NCBI GenBank assembly: GCA_963733955.1
Contig: CAVTEW010000002.1
Coordinates: 5,863-69,862 of the forward strand
Length of the DNA: 64,000 bases
Direction of reading: 5' to 3'
Source of the DNA: an uncultured Acidobacteriota bacterium
Lineage (GTDB): Bacteria > Acidobacteriota > Thermoanaerobaculia > UBA5066 > Gp7-AA6
Made by a program: the position numbers and the translations under genes. Shown here in pieces: positions 36,949 to 49,396 of this stretch. The notes under the pieces were generated by a model, which worked only from the letters and a program-made list of their open reading frames with translations, did not search any database and had not been told where the DNA came from. How positions within the stretch are numbered: position 1 is the stretch's first letter; each line of letters opens with the position of its first letter.

Positions 36949-37566
36949 ATGATGAGTTCGGATCATGCGCCGCGCGGCGAAAAGGAAGAGGATTTGATTG
37001 CGGGGGTGGAAGTGAAGAATCCCGCGGGAATTCTCTTCGCGACCGATTTTTCCGGGGCATCGTCTCCCGCGTTTCGGGAGGCGATCCGTCTGGCGGCCGG
37101 CCGGGGCGCGCCGCTCTTCATCGCTCACGTGCTGCGGATTGCCGCTCCCCTGTCGCCGGACGGCTTCCCATTCCCGCGGACCGCGGATGAGCTCGCGGCG
37201 GCGGCGCGGCGCGAAGCCGGCCGCGCGATCGCGTCCCTCCTGAAGACCGCGGGCCGGGCCCGGGTGCGGGCGACCGGCCTGCTGCTGACGGGAAATCCGG
37301 AGCGGGCCATCGCCCGCGCCGCGAAGAAACACGGCGTGGATCTCGTGGTCGTCGGGACCCACGGGCGCAGCGGCCTGCCGCGCCTGATCCTGGGCAGCGT
37401 CGCCGCGAGAGTCATCGCCGCCGCGCCGTGCCCGGTTCTGGCCGTTCCGCAGCGTCGCGGGGCGCGAGGGTCTCGGTGGACGGAGAGGATCACGCATCGA
37501 TTCGCCGCGGGAAGAGAGGCCGATGTCGGCCGAGCCCGCGACCAGGTGAGGAGGAGCGCACCATGA
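36949..37566 (+). CDS. Universal stress protein
   Basis: ILFATDFSGAS..DLVVVGTHGRSGLPRLILGSVAARVIAAAPCPVLAV. The first ATG overlaps the palindromic box, so the true start is probably TTG 36994, GTG 37006 or GTG 37012. Confidence 0.85.
   Translation: MMSSDHAPRGEKEEDLIAGVEVKNPAGILFATDFSGASSPAFREAIRLAAGRGAPLFIAHVLRIAAPLSPDGFPFPRTADELAAAARREAGRAIASLLKTAGRARVRATGLLLTGNPERAIARAAKKHGVDLVVVGTHGRSGLPRLILGSVAARVIAAAPCPVLAVPQRRGARGSRWTERITHRFAAGREADVGRARDQVRRSAP
36950..36965. promoter_or_regulatory. Palindromic box TGATGAGTTCGGATCA
   Basis: Exact TGAT-N8-ATCA core just upstream of the conserved part of the USP gene. Confidence 0.5.
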
Positions 37567-38006
37567 ATCCCTTTCGTCGCATTCTGGTGGCCACGGATTT
37601 CGGCGAGGCGTCCGAGCCGGCGCTGCACGAAGCCATCGATCTGGCCAAGGAGAGCGCCGCGGAGCTGCTGATCGCCCATGCCTACCAGCACCCCAGCGTG
37701 ATCGAGGCGCAATCGGTGGCCGCCGGCGTGTACGAGGAGTGGGACCGGGTTCTCCGCAATCAGGTCGAAGAAAGGCTGCGTCCGATCGTGGCCCAGGCCC
37801 AGAAGGAAGGAGTCCGGGCCGGAGCGTTGATCCTGGCCGGCGCGCCGGATCAGGCCATCACCGCGGCCGCGAAGGAAAACAATGCGGATCTTGTGGTGAT
37901 GGGCACCCATGCGCGCAAGGGCGTCTCCCGATTCCTCCTGGGAAGCGTCGCCGCGCGGGTCGTCGCGACGGCGCCTTGCCCGGTCCTGACGGTGCGGGCG
38001 GCCTAG
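37563..38006 (+). CDS. Universal stress protein
   Basis: MNPFRRILVATDFGEAS..DLVVMGTHARKGVSRFLLGSVAARVVATAPCPVLTV. ATGA overlap with the previous USP. Confidence 0.9.
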   Translation: MNPFRRILVATDFGEASEPALHEAIDLAKESAAELLIAHAYQHPSVIEAQSVAAGVYEEWDRVLRNQVEERLRPIVAQAQKEGVRAGALILAGAPDQAITAAAKENNADLVVMGTHARKGVSRFLLGSVAARVVATAPCPVLTVRAA

Positions 38007-38070
38007 CAGCCCGTGGAAAAATCGATGCGGGTGTCGCGTCAGGGCTTTTGCATTTCTCAGCAAGCAAACA

Positions 38071-38104
38071 TCCGTGCCGGTTCAACGGAGTTCGTCCCGG
38101 CACG
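38071..38104. terminator. Hairpin CCGTGCCGG-N16-CCGGCACGG
   Basis: 9-bp perfect stem 65 nt after the USP stop. Confidence 0.35.
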
Positions 38105-38132
38105 GATCCGCGGTGCACGGCAGGCAAAAGCC

Positions 38133-38158
38133 CCGCCGCCGCAAGCGGTTGCGGCGGC
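38133..38158. terminator. Hairpin CGCCGCCGCAA-GCGG-TTGCGGCGGCG
   Basis: 11-bp perfect GC-rich stem with a 4-nt loop and no T-tract. Confidence 0.4.
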
Positions 38159-38314
38159 GCGAAGCCGTCTGCGTCGTTGCCGCTCCTCCCCGATGCGTTC
38201 CACATCGCCTTCGTCGCGTCGCCTCGCATCCGGCTCCGCGGCGCTCGCAACGCCACCGCACACCCTTCTTCCACGAGCCGCTAGGAGGCGAGGTTCCGGT
38301 GTCCCGGAAAGGCG

Positions 38315-38758
38315 GTGATGGCGATGCGCGTTGAGGACCTCATGACTTCGCGGGTCTTGACCGTCTCCGCGGGGGAGTCCGCGGAGCACGCCTTCGCTCT
38401 CATGCGCGAGCGGCGGATCCATCACCTGGTCGTGCTTCGGAACCAGGAAGTGGTGGGCATCGCCTCGGCTCGGGATCTGGAGGCCGCCGGCACCTTCCGG
38501 CAGGTCCAGGTCGTCGAGGACGTGATGACTTCCCCCGCCGTCACCGCCGTTCCGGAGATGACGTTGCGCCAGGCGGCGAACCTGCTGCGCGGCCGCAGCA
38601 TCGGATGCCTGCCTGTGATGGACGGCGGCGACCTGGTCGGCATCGTGACGACGACCGATCTCCTGGAGGCGCTGGGACGGGGCGTGGCCCGGCCGCTCTC
38701 CCAGACCAAAGGGTGGGTCGTCAAGAGCCGCGGGCCGCGGCGCAAGGCCGCCGGTTAG
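38315..38758 (+). CDS. CBS-pair domain protein
   Basis: MRVEDLMTSRV..HHLVVLRNQEVVGIASARDL..GCLPVMDGGDLVGIVTTTDL. Confidence 0.9.
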   Translation: MMAMRVEDLMTSRVLTVSAGESAEHAFALMRERRIHHLVVLRNQEVVGIASARDLEAAGTFRQVQVVEDVMTSPAVTAVPEMTLRQAANLLRGRSIGCLPVMDGGDLVGIVTTTDLLEALGRGVARPLSQTKGWVVKSRGPRRKAAG

Positions 38759-38807
38759 GACCGAAACAGCCGGATGGGCGAGAGGTCGGCTCCCGACGCC
38801 CGCTCAC

Positions 38808-38823
38808 TGATTCGAACGCATCA
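38808..38823. promoter_or_regulatory. Palindromic box TGATTCGAACGCATCA
   Basis: Exact core, 79-94 nt upstream of the USP start at 38902. Confidence 0.5.
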
Positions 38824-38901
38824 TGGCTGCCGCTGAGGGCGGCGAGATGCTGCAGGGGGCTCGCGGCCATCGGTTGGTCGCCCTCCCCTGGAGGAGACGG
38901 C

Positions 38902-39345
38902 ATGGCCTCTTTCCGACGCATCTTTTACGCCACGGATTTTTCCGAAGCCTCGGCCGGGGCCTTCCAGAAGGCGCTCGAGATCGCCGGAAAGGAAGGCGCC
39001 GAGCTGGTGATCGCGCACGCCTACCTGCCGCCGAGCCTGTGGGCCGACGGATTCGTGGCCCCGGCGGTGTACCAACAGGTGGATACCGGCATGCGGGAAG
39101 AATCGGAGAAGAGGCTCGCGGCGCTCCAGGAGCAAGCCCGCAAGGCCGGTGTGAACGCCCGGACGCTGGTGCTCCTGGGCGCCGCCAACGAGGCCATCAC
39201 CGCCGCCGCCGCCGAGAACAATGCGGATCTTGTGATCCTGGGGACCCACGGGCGCACCGGCGCCGCGCGTTTCTTTCTGGGAAGCGTGGCCGCGCGCGTG
39301 ATCTCCACGGCATCCTGCCCGGTGCTGACCGTTCGGGCAAGTTAG
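38902..39345 (+). CDS. Universal stress protein
   Basis: MASFRRIFYATDFSEAS..DLVILGTHGRTGAARFFLGSVAARVISTASCPVLTV. SD GGAGGAG. Confidence 0.9.
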   Translation: MASFRRIFYATDFSEASAGAFQKALEIAGKEGAELVIAHAYLPPSLWADGFVAPAVYQQVDTGMREESEKRLAALQEQARKAGVNARTLVLLGAANEAITAAAAENNADLVILGTHGRTGAARFFLGSVAARVISTASCPVLTVRAS

Positions 39346-39508
39346 AGGGCCTGCCGGTGTTCTCGACGGACGAGCCGAGCCGCCCGGCCGCGCCGGTGCG
39401 CCGAAGGCGCAGACTCCAAGCGCAGCGTAGGCGACGGTCATGCCAACGCCTCACGAGCAAACCAGCACCGCGCGATCCTGATTTTGCGGACGGAGAAAGG
39501 AGCAGGCC

Positions 39509-39955
39509 ATGGAATCCTTCCGGCGCATTCTCTTCGCGACGGATTTCTCTCCCGCGTCGGGCAAGGCCTTCAACGAGGCGATCGAGCTGGCCAGGACCGC
39601 CGGGGCGCAGCTGCTGATCGTCCACGCGTACCAGCCGCCCTCGCTGCTCCCGACCGACGTGTCCCTGAGTCCGGCGGTCTACGACGAGCTGGACGCCAAG
39701 CTCCGCGAGGGCGCGGAAATCGGACTCCGGAAGCTCGTCGAGGACGCCGGCCGCCGGGGACTTCGGGCGGAATCCTTCCTCCTGGCGGGCCTCGCGGACG
39801 AGGCCATCGCCGAGGCGGCGCGCGAGAAGCGGGCCGACCTCGTGGTCGTGGGGACGCACGGGAGGACCGGCGTGGCCCGGTTTCTCATGGGAAGCGTGGC
39901 CTCCCGCGTCATCACGTCGGCTCCCTGCCCGGTGATGACGGTCCCGGCGAACTGA
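39509..39955 (+). CDS. Universal stress protein
   Basis: MESFRRILFATDFSPAS..DLVVVGTHGRTGVARFLMGSVASRVITSAPCPVMTV. SD AAAGGAG. Confidence 0.9.
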   Translation: MESFRRILFATDFSPASGKAFNEAIELARTAGAQLLIVHAYQPPSLLPTDVSLSPAVYDELDAKLREGAEIGLRKLVEDAGRRGLRAESFLLAGLADEAIAEAAREKRADLVVVGTHGRTGVARFLMGSVASRVITSAPCPVMTVPAN

Positions 39956-40118
39956 GCGCCGGAGGACTGTTGGAGCGGGGCGGCCGCCCGCCCGGATCGG
40001 CGATGCCTTGGGCGCTGTCTTCTTGATACGCTCGGGGAGACCCGTTCCTCGCGGCGCAACCGTTTGAGAAGAGCCATGCCATCCGCCCTCGACGCATCGT
40101 CCGCCGCGCGCGCCGCGC

Positions 40119-41834
40119 ATGGATAGCCGCGCGAAGCGGCGGATCCGGCCCGCCGGAGTAAGTCCGACGATCGGAAGCATCCTGGAGCGAGCCTGGGCCC
40201 TGTGGGCCGCCGCCTGGCGGCACCTGATCGTTCCCTGGCTTCTCCGGCGCGATCCCGCGGGGCGCGCCGAGCGGATGCAGGAGGCCCTCGAGGACCTCGG
40301 CGGCACCTGGGTCAAGCTCGGCCAGGCTCTGGCCCTGCGTTTCGACATCCTCCCCGAGGACTATTGCCTGCAGTTCTTTCAACTCTTGAATCAGGTGCGG
40401 CCGTTCCCGGCGGACCAGGTGCGGCCGATCGTCGAGAGCGAGCTCGGGCGCCCGGTCGAAGAGCTCTTCCGGTCGTTTAGCTGGGAGCCGCTGGCCGCGG
40501 CGTCGATCGGGCAGGTGCACCGGGCCGAGCTTCCGGACGGCACCCCCGTCGCGGTCAAGGTCCAGCGTCCGGGGATCCGGCGGCGCGTGCTGGCCGACCT
40601 GCGCCTGATGGGCTGGCTGGCCGCCTGGATCGACGCGATCCCGCTCTTCGGTCCCACCCGGGCGCGCGACCTGGTCGACGAGTTCGCGCGCTGGACCGTG
40701 GAAGAGCTCGACTACCGCATCGAGGCCCGGCACGCCTCGGTCCTGCGCAACAACGCCCAGGGCGACCCCTTCGAGCGCAATCCCCGCGTCTACCCCGAGC
40801 ACACCACGGCGCGGGTCCTGACCCTGGACTATCTGGAAGGAATCCCGGTTCTCGACGTCGTGGCGGCCATCCGCAATCAGGACGCCGCGCTGCTGCAGGT
40901 TCTGGCCGCGCAGGGGCACGACCCGCGCCGCATCGCCAGCCACATCGTCTGGAACGCCCTGAACCAGATCTATCGGTTCGGCTACTTCCACGCCGATCCT
41001 CATCCGGCGAACCTGATCGTGCTGCCCGGCGACGCGATCGGCTACGTCGATTTCGGGATCGTGGGGAAGCTCGACGACAAGACGACCCAGTCGCTGCGGT
41101 ACTTCGCGCAGAGCCTGTTTGCCGGACACACCGGGAAGGCCGTGGACGAGTTCTTCCGGTTCCTCACGCCCTCGCACGGGACCGACGCGGCCGCGGCCCG
41201 CCGGGACCTGATCGAGTCCATGAAGAACTACGTCGAGAGCGCCCGCGTGGGCCCGGAGGGATTCGCGCTCTCCGAGGACATCTTCGAGATCGAGATGCTC
41301 GCGGTCGTGCGCAAGCACGCCATGGCCCTCTCGCCCGACGCGGTCCGATACCTCAAGGCGGTGCTGACCGCGGAGGCCATGGTCAAGGAGCTCGATCCGG
41401 AGTTCGACCTGCGGACGCACGAGAACCGGTTCTTCGGCCGCCTGATGCGCCTGGAGGCGGGCGAGGGCCTGCGCCTGCGCAACGTCGGGCAGTGGATGCT
41501 CGACGCGCGGTTCCGCCTGGACCGCGTCCTGGAATCGGTGGAGAGCATGCGCGAGGCGCCGGGCCGCCTGGCCGCCATCGCCCACAACGTGCGGCGCCGC
41601 GTGCAGGTCCTGTCCGTGCTGACCCTGTTCGGATGGGCCGCCGTGCTGGCGGCGATGTGGATGACCCGCGCCAGCGGCTCGGCGCTGCTGTTCGGACTCC
41701 CGTTCCGGACCATCGCGCTGCTCGGCGGCGCGGTCAGCGTGCTGCTCGTGCTCGTCTCGATCCTGCAGGTGCGCCGGCTTCCCTCCGACGCGGAGGCCGG
41801 CCACCTGGCGCGATATCCGAGACGATTGCGATAG
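40119..41834 (+). CDS. ABC1/UbiB-family atypical kinase with C-terminal TM helices
   Basis: LGGTWVKLGQALALRFDILP, AAASIGQVHRAELPDGTPVAVKVQRPG and HADPHPANL. Confidence 0.88.
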   Translation: MDSRAKRRIRPAGVSPTIGSILERAWALWAAAWRHLIVPWLLRRDPAGRAERMQEALEDLGGTWVKLGQALALRFDILPEDYCLQFFQLLNQVRPFPADQVRPIVESELGRPVEELFRSFSWEPLAAASIGQVHRAELPDGTPVAVKVQRPGIRRRVLADLRLMGWLAAWIDAIPLFGPTRARDLVDEFARWTVEELDYRIEARHASVLRNNAQGDPFERNPRVYPEHTTARVLTLDYLEGIPVLDVVAAIRNQDAALLQVLAAQGHDPRRIASHIVWNALNQIYRFGYFHADPHPANLIVLPGDAIGYVDFGIVGKLDDKTTQSLRYFAQSLFAGHTGKAVDEFFRFLTPSHGTDAAAARRDLIESMKNYVESARVGPEGFALSEDIFEIEMLAVVRKHAMALSPDAVRYLKAVLTAEAMVKELDPEFDLRTHENRFFGRLMRLEAGEGLRLRNVGQWMLDARFRLDRVLESVESMREAPGRLAAIAHNVRRRVQVLSVLTLFGWAAVLAAMWMTRASGSALLFGLPFRTIALLGGAVSVLLVLVSILQVRRLPSDAEAGHLARYPRRLR

Positions 41835-41838
41835 GAAG

Positions 41839-41859
41839 TGGCGAGTGACGAGTGACGAG
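41839..41859. repeat. Tandem heptamers GTGGCGA GTGACGA GTGACGA after the stop codon
   Basis: Three period-7 units starting 5 nt after the TAG stop at 41834. Confidence 0.5.
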
Positions 41860-41899
41860 AAAGGCCCGCGGTGCCAGCCCCGGTCCGCGGCGCGACGAA

Positions 41900-41924
41900 G
41901 TTTCGCGAACTGGATTCGCGAAAC
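41900..41924. terminator. Hairpin GTTTCGCGAA-CTGGA-TTCGCGAAAC between convergent genes
   Basis: 10-bp perfect stem with a 5-nt loop. Confidence 0.5.
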
Positions 41925-42047
41925 GACTCGCGCTGCGGGAGCCGGAGCGGATGCAAGGAGGCCAGGCGAGCGGTCGAGGCCGCATCCGGCCGAGCCGATC
42001 GCCGGTGAGCCGAAGGCGCAGGCCTCCTTCCGCAGCTCCGGCGACGG

Positions 42048-42722
42048 TTAAAACGGGACGCGGCCGCGGCGCGGCTGCTGGTACAGCTCCTGTTCGAAGG
42101 CGCGGCCGGCGCGGACGAAGTACGACCACATGATCGCGGGGGCGTGGGACAGGGCGTAGAACGAGCCTTTGCCGGCGAGCTCCATCTCGCGCAGGAAGCG
42201 CTGCGCGACCTCGGGGAGCACGAGCTCGGCGGCGCCCTCTTCCATCCACTGGCCCCAGGGGCCGGCCGATTCGCGGCGGGCCCACCGTTGCTTTTCCTCG
42301 GACGAAGGTCCCTCGGCCCACTGGCGGCGGCGGCTGTTCTCCGCCTTGGCCCAGGCTTCGACCTCGTCCGCCGCGGGAGCCGAGGGCGGCGCCCCGAGCT
42401 CGGGTCCGGATCGGCCAAGGTTTCGGCGGGCCCAGTCCCGTTTCTCGTCCTCCGTCGGTCCCTCCAGCCAGGCCTTGCGGCGCGCCCGCTCCTGCTCGAC
42501 CCACCGTTTCACGTCCTGCGGAGACGCCGGCAGGCGCGATTCCGCGAGGCCGACACGGGCCTTGAGCCGCCAGCGCAGTGCCCATTCCCTCTGCTCGTCC
42601 TCCGTCGGTCCCTCCAGCCAGGCCTTGCGGCGCGCGCTCTCACGCTGCGCCCAGTCCTCCACTTCCTGCGCCGTCGGACCGGGGACCTGGAATCGCGGGT
42701 CGAGGGGGGATTCGGAAAACAT
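42048..42722 (-). CDS. Hypothetical protein with three ~50-aa internal repeats (W-x-E..RR(K/R)(A/Q)W(L/A)EGP(T/S)..E(K/Q)R.WA)
   Basis: The repeats are visible in translation, and a 42-nt perfect DNA repeat occurs at 42444-42485 and 42594-42635. SD GGAAGGAG lies 6 nt before ATG 42722. Confidence 0.7.
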   Translation of the reverse strand: MFSESPLDPRFQVPGPTAQEVEDWAQRESARRKAWLEGPTEDEQREWALRWRLKARVGLAESRLPASPQDVKRWVEQERARRKAWLEGPTEDEKRDWARRNLGRSGPELGAPPSAPAADEVEAWAKAENSRRRQWAEGPSSEEKQRWARRESAGPWGQWMEEGAAELVLPEVAQRFLREMELAGKGSFYALSHAPAIMWSYFVRAGRAFEQELYQQPRRGRVPF

Positions 42723-42856
42723 CGTGCGCTCCTTCCGGTTGCGCGGGCCAGACCGGATTGTAGTCACGAATGGTGCGGGCGGACAAGGCGGCGCCCGATC
42801 GGTAAGATGGGCCGATCGCGCGGGACCCCGCTCCTCTCGCGCAGAAGGGAATCGCG

Positions 42857-43294
42857 ATGACCTACATCAAGGCGTTCCTGGCGGGATTCCTTTCCACCCT
42901 GATCTTCCATCAGGGCCTTCTGGCGCTCCTTCACGCCGCCGGCAAGACCGACCGGGCCGCCTACGCCCTGACGCCGACCAGGCCGCTGCAGGTCCCCGCG
43001 GTAATCTCCCTGGCGTTCTGGGGCGGCGTGTGGGGGATCCTGCTGTGGCTGGCGATTCGAGGCTTCGGGGGCGCGGCGCACTGGGCTTTGGCGGCGGTGA
43101 TCGGCGCGATCGCTCCGAGCCTCGTCGCCTTCTTCGTGGTGTTTCCGCTCAAGGGACAGCCGGTGGCCGGGGGGTGGCGCTCGGAGATGCTGATCGGCGC
43201 CCTGATCTTGAACGGCGCGTGGGGCCTGGGGGTCGCGCTCCTGATGCGGCTGTTCGGCGCGGCCGGCGCCGCCGGAGCCGCGCGCGCGAGCTGA
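42857..43294 (+). CDS. Hypothetical integral membrane protein (4 TM)
   Basis: Hydrophobic segments FLAGFLSTLIF, VISLAFWGGVWGILLWLAI, ALAAVIGAIAPSLVAFFVVF and LIGALILNGAWGLGVALLM. Confidence 0.65.
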   Translation: MTYIKAFLAGFLSTLIFHQGLLALLHAAGKTDRAAYALTPTRPLQVPAVISLAFWGGVWGILLWLAIRGFGGAAHWALAAVIGAIAPSLVAFFVVFPLKGQPVAGGWRSEMLIGALILNGAWGLGVALLMRLFGAAGAAGAARAS

Positions 43295-43313
43295 CGTCCC
43301 CGCGGCCGGTTCG

Positions 43314-43532
43314 CTAGAGTTTTCGAAGGAGGGTCCAGCCGAGCCAGACCCATGGTGCCCCGTGCAGGAGCAGGTCGAAGACGTCCACCGGAGCGAACCG
43401 CCGGCCGGACAGGAGCCATCGCAACTTCTCGAGCAGGTGCGGCTGAGGAACGAAGGGGGCCAGGCCGAGCGTCAGAGAGGCGATCGCGGGGACGATCCAG
43501 TCGATTCGGACGATCCCGTCGATGCGCTCCAT
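43314..43532 (-). CDS. Hypothetical small membrane protein (72 aa)
   Basis: IVPAIASLTLGLAPFVP..HGAPWVWLGWTLL. Coding-like GC3. Confidence 0.5.
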   Translation of the reverse strand: MERIDGIVRIDWIVPAIASLTLGLAPFVPQPHLLEKLRWLLSGRRFAPVDVFDLLLHGAPWVWLGWTLLRKL

Positions 43533-43557
43533 GACCGGCAGGCGCGATCGGCGCGCG

Positions 43558-43770
43558 TCAGTTCTGGAGAAGGGCGCAGCGGTCGAGCGGCTCGACGAGC
43601 ATCCCGTCCCCGCGCACGTCGATGGCCTGGCGGTGGAGGAAGAACGGGCCTCCGCACGCCGGATGCTCCTCGACCCCGTTGCGGCCGCAGCGCGGGCAGA
43701 CGTCCACGCGGCCTTCCTGCGGGACGACGAATCCGTTCGGCAGTGACGTGAAGTCTTCGACGCTCAGCAT
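43558..43770 (-). CDS. Hypothetical small Cys protein (CPRCG..HPACGG)
   Basis: SD AAGGAGG lies 5 nt before ATG 43770 (MLSVEDF..). The track ORF starts 8 codons earlier. Confidence 0.55.
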   Translation of the reverse strand: MLSVEDFTSLPNGFVVPQEGRVDVCPRCGRNGVEEHPACGGPFFLHRQAIDVRGDGMLVEPLDRCALLQN

Positions 43771-43870
43771 GGAGTCCTCCTTGGCCTGCTTCAAACTACC
43801 GGGACTCCGGCCGGCGCGCCTGATGCGAACGAACCAGAAGCGGTTTCCCCCCGTCCCCCCGTCGGATCCC

Positions 43871-44863
43871 TTATGGCATCCTCCAGCTCTGCAGCACGCG
43901 CATGTAGTTGGCGCGCTCGAGCGCGGCGGGGTTGCCGCTCTTGACCATGCTCATGCTTCCCTGCATCTGGCGCAGCGACTCGTAGCCGTGCTCCTCCATC
44001 CACGCTTCCATCTCTTCGCGCACCGTGCGCAGGTGCTGGGGCCCGCGCTTCAAGAGGGCGCAGACCATCTGCACCGCGTGGGCGCCGGCCATGACCGCCT
44101 TGATCGCGTCGGTCGCGGTGTGGACGCCCCCGGTGACCGCGAGCGAGGCGTCGATGCGGCCGGAGAGGATGGCCAGCCAGCGCAGGCGCAGGAGCAGCTC
44201 GGCCGAAGTCGAGAAGCGCATGGTGGGCAGGACGTCCAGGGCCTCGACGTCGATGTCGGGCTGGTAGAAGCGGTTGAAGATCACCAGGCCGTCCGCGCCG
44301 GCCTCGTCCAGGCGCCGGGCGAAGTTGGCGAAGGAGGAGAAGAAGGGGGAGAGCTTGACCGCGACGGGAATCGAGACCGATCCCTTGACCGCCTCGACGG
44401 TTTCCAGGGTCCGCCGCTCCACGTCCTCGCCGGTCTCCAGGATGTCGGAGGCCAGGTAGTACACGTTCAACTCCAGCGCGTGAGCGCCGGCCTGTTCGAT
44501 CAGCCGCGCGTACTCGATCCAGGAATGGGGCGTCGTCCCGTTCAGCGACGCGATCACCGGCACGGCGACGGCGGCCCGGATGCGCTGGACCTGCTCGAGG
44601 TACTCGTCGGGACCGAGCGCGAAGAGGCCGGGCTCGGGCAAGTACGAGACGGCCTCGGCGTGCGACTCCGCGTTGGTCTCGAAGAGCAAGGCCTCGCGCT
44701 GCTCCACGAGGATCTGCTCCTCGAAGAGGGAGTGCATGACGATGGCCGCGGCCCCGGCGTCCTCCAGGCGGCGGACCATTCCCAGATCGTCGACCAGCGG
44801 CGAGGCCCCGGGCATGAAGGGGTGCGGCAGCTCGAGGCCGAGGTAGCTCGTGGTCAGGTCCAT
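43871..44863 (-). CDS. Dihydroorotate-dehydrogenase-like (class 1 DHOD/DHPD fold) flavoprotein
   Basis: MDLTTSYLGLELPHPFMPGASPL.., LNGTTP, LELNVY and VAVKLSP are TIM-barrel FMN motifs. Its start lies 4 nt after the PFOR stop. Confidence 0.8.
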   Translation of the reverse strand: MDLTTSYLGLELPHPFMPGASPLVDDLGMVRRLEDAGAAAIVMHSLFEEQILVEQREALLFETNAESHAEAVSYLPEPGLFALGPDEYLEQVQRIRAAVAVPVIASLNGTTPHSWIEYARLIEQAGAHALELNVYYLASDILETGEDVERRTLETVEAVKGSVSIPVAVKLSPFFSSFANFARRLDEAGADGLVIFNRFYQPDIDVEALDVLPTMRFSTSAELLLRLRWLAILSGRIDASLAVTGGVHTATDAIKAVMAGAHAVQMVCALLKRGPQHLRTVREEMEAWMEEHGYESLRQMQGSMSMVKSGNPAALERANYMRVLQSWRMP

Positions 44864-44867
44864 GGCG

Positions 44868-48467
<3,600 letters not shown>

Positions 48468-48494
48468 GTTAGGTCGCGCCCGGGAAGGCCGTAA

Positions 48495-48510
48495 TGATGT
48501 ATCTGCATCA
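48495..48510. promoter_or_regulatory. Palindromic box TGATGTATCTGCATCA
   Basis: Exact core only 28-43 nt upstream of the PFOR ATG. Confidence 0.55.
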
Positions 48511-48595
48511 ATCGGCCGGGCGGCCGCCGGCGGGGCGGCGGGGAGGCCCCGGCCGTGCCGGAAAGACTACCGGAGAAGGACGCGCCCGGACGGGT

Positions 48596-49396
48596 TCAGA
48601 CCGGCCCGGGATCGCCCAAGCGGCTCGAAGCCGCCGCGCGCCCGTCGAGACGGCCGAGAAGCCGCAGGAGGCCGTCGAGAATCGTCAACGGGTGGGGAGG
48701 GCAGCCCGGTATGGACAGATCGACAGGGATGTCCGCGGGGACGCCGTCGCGCGAGGACTGCGCCCCGGCGAACGGGCCGCCGGTCAAAGCGCACGCGCCC
48801 ACCGCGATCACGATCTTCGGCGCGGGAACCGCCGCGTAGGTCTCGCGCAGCGCGAGCTCCATGTTGGTGGTCACCGGGCCGGTCACGACGATCCCGTCGG
48901 CGTGCCGTGGAGAGGCCACGAACTGGATTCCAAAACGCCCGAGATCGAAGACCACGTTGCCCGTCGCGGTGAGCTCGGCTTCGCAGCCGCTGCAGCCGCC
49001 GGCGGAGACTTGACGCAACTTGAGCGAACGGCCGAAGAGCGCGCGCATGCCCCGGTCGAGCGCCGCCATCCGCGGCGCCTCGGCGCCCGAGACGATGAGG
49101 CCCGCTCGCGACCGCGCGGCCAGGCGATGGTCCTGCGTGTAGACGATTGCGCCCTCGGGGCACGACTCCTCGCAAATCGGGCAGAACAGGCATGCCCCCA
49201 GATCGACGCGCAAGGGCTCGGTCCCGATCGCCTGGGTCGGGCAAGCCTCGGCGCAGGCGCGGCACCCGTCCCGGCACTTGGAGGCGTCGACGATCGGGCG
49301 GCCTCGAAATCGCGACGGGAGCCGGACGCCCTCCGGAGGAAAGGCCATCGTCCGATGCCCCTGGCGCAGCCGGGCCCTCCACAGCTCGAAGATCAC
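48596..49396 (-). CDS. Ehr/Hyc-type small subunit: N-terminal 2x[4Fe-4S] ferredoxin (HycF-like) fused to a NuoB/HycG-like domain
   Basis: CRDGCRACAEACP and CLFCPICEESCP, then NuoB-like Cys (GGCSGCEAEL, VGACALTGGPF, IPGCPPHP). GTGA overlap with the large-subunit stop. Confidence 0.85.
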   Translation of the reverse strand: MIFELWRARLRQGHRTMAFPPEGVRLPSRFRGRPIVDASKCRDGCRACAEACPTQAIGTEPLRVDLGACLFCPICEESCPEGAIVYTQDHRLAARSRAGLIVSGAEAPRMAALDRGMRALFGRSLKLRQVSAGGCSGCEAELTATGNVVFDLGRFGIQFVASPRHADGIVVTGPVTTNMELALRETYAAVPAPKIVIAVGACALTGGPFAGAQSSRDGVPADIPVDLSIPGCPPHPLTILDGLLRLLGRLDGRAAASSRLGDPGPV

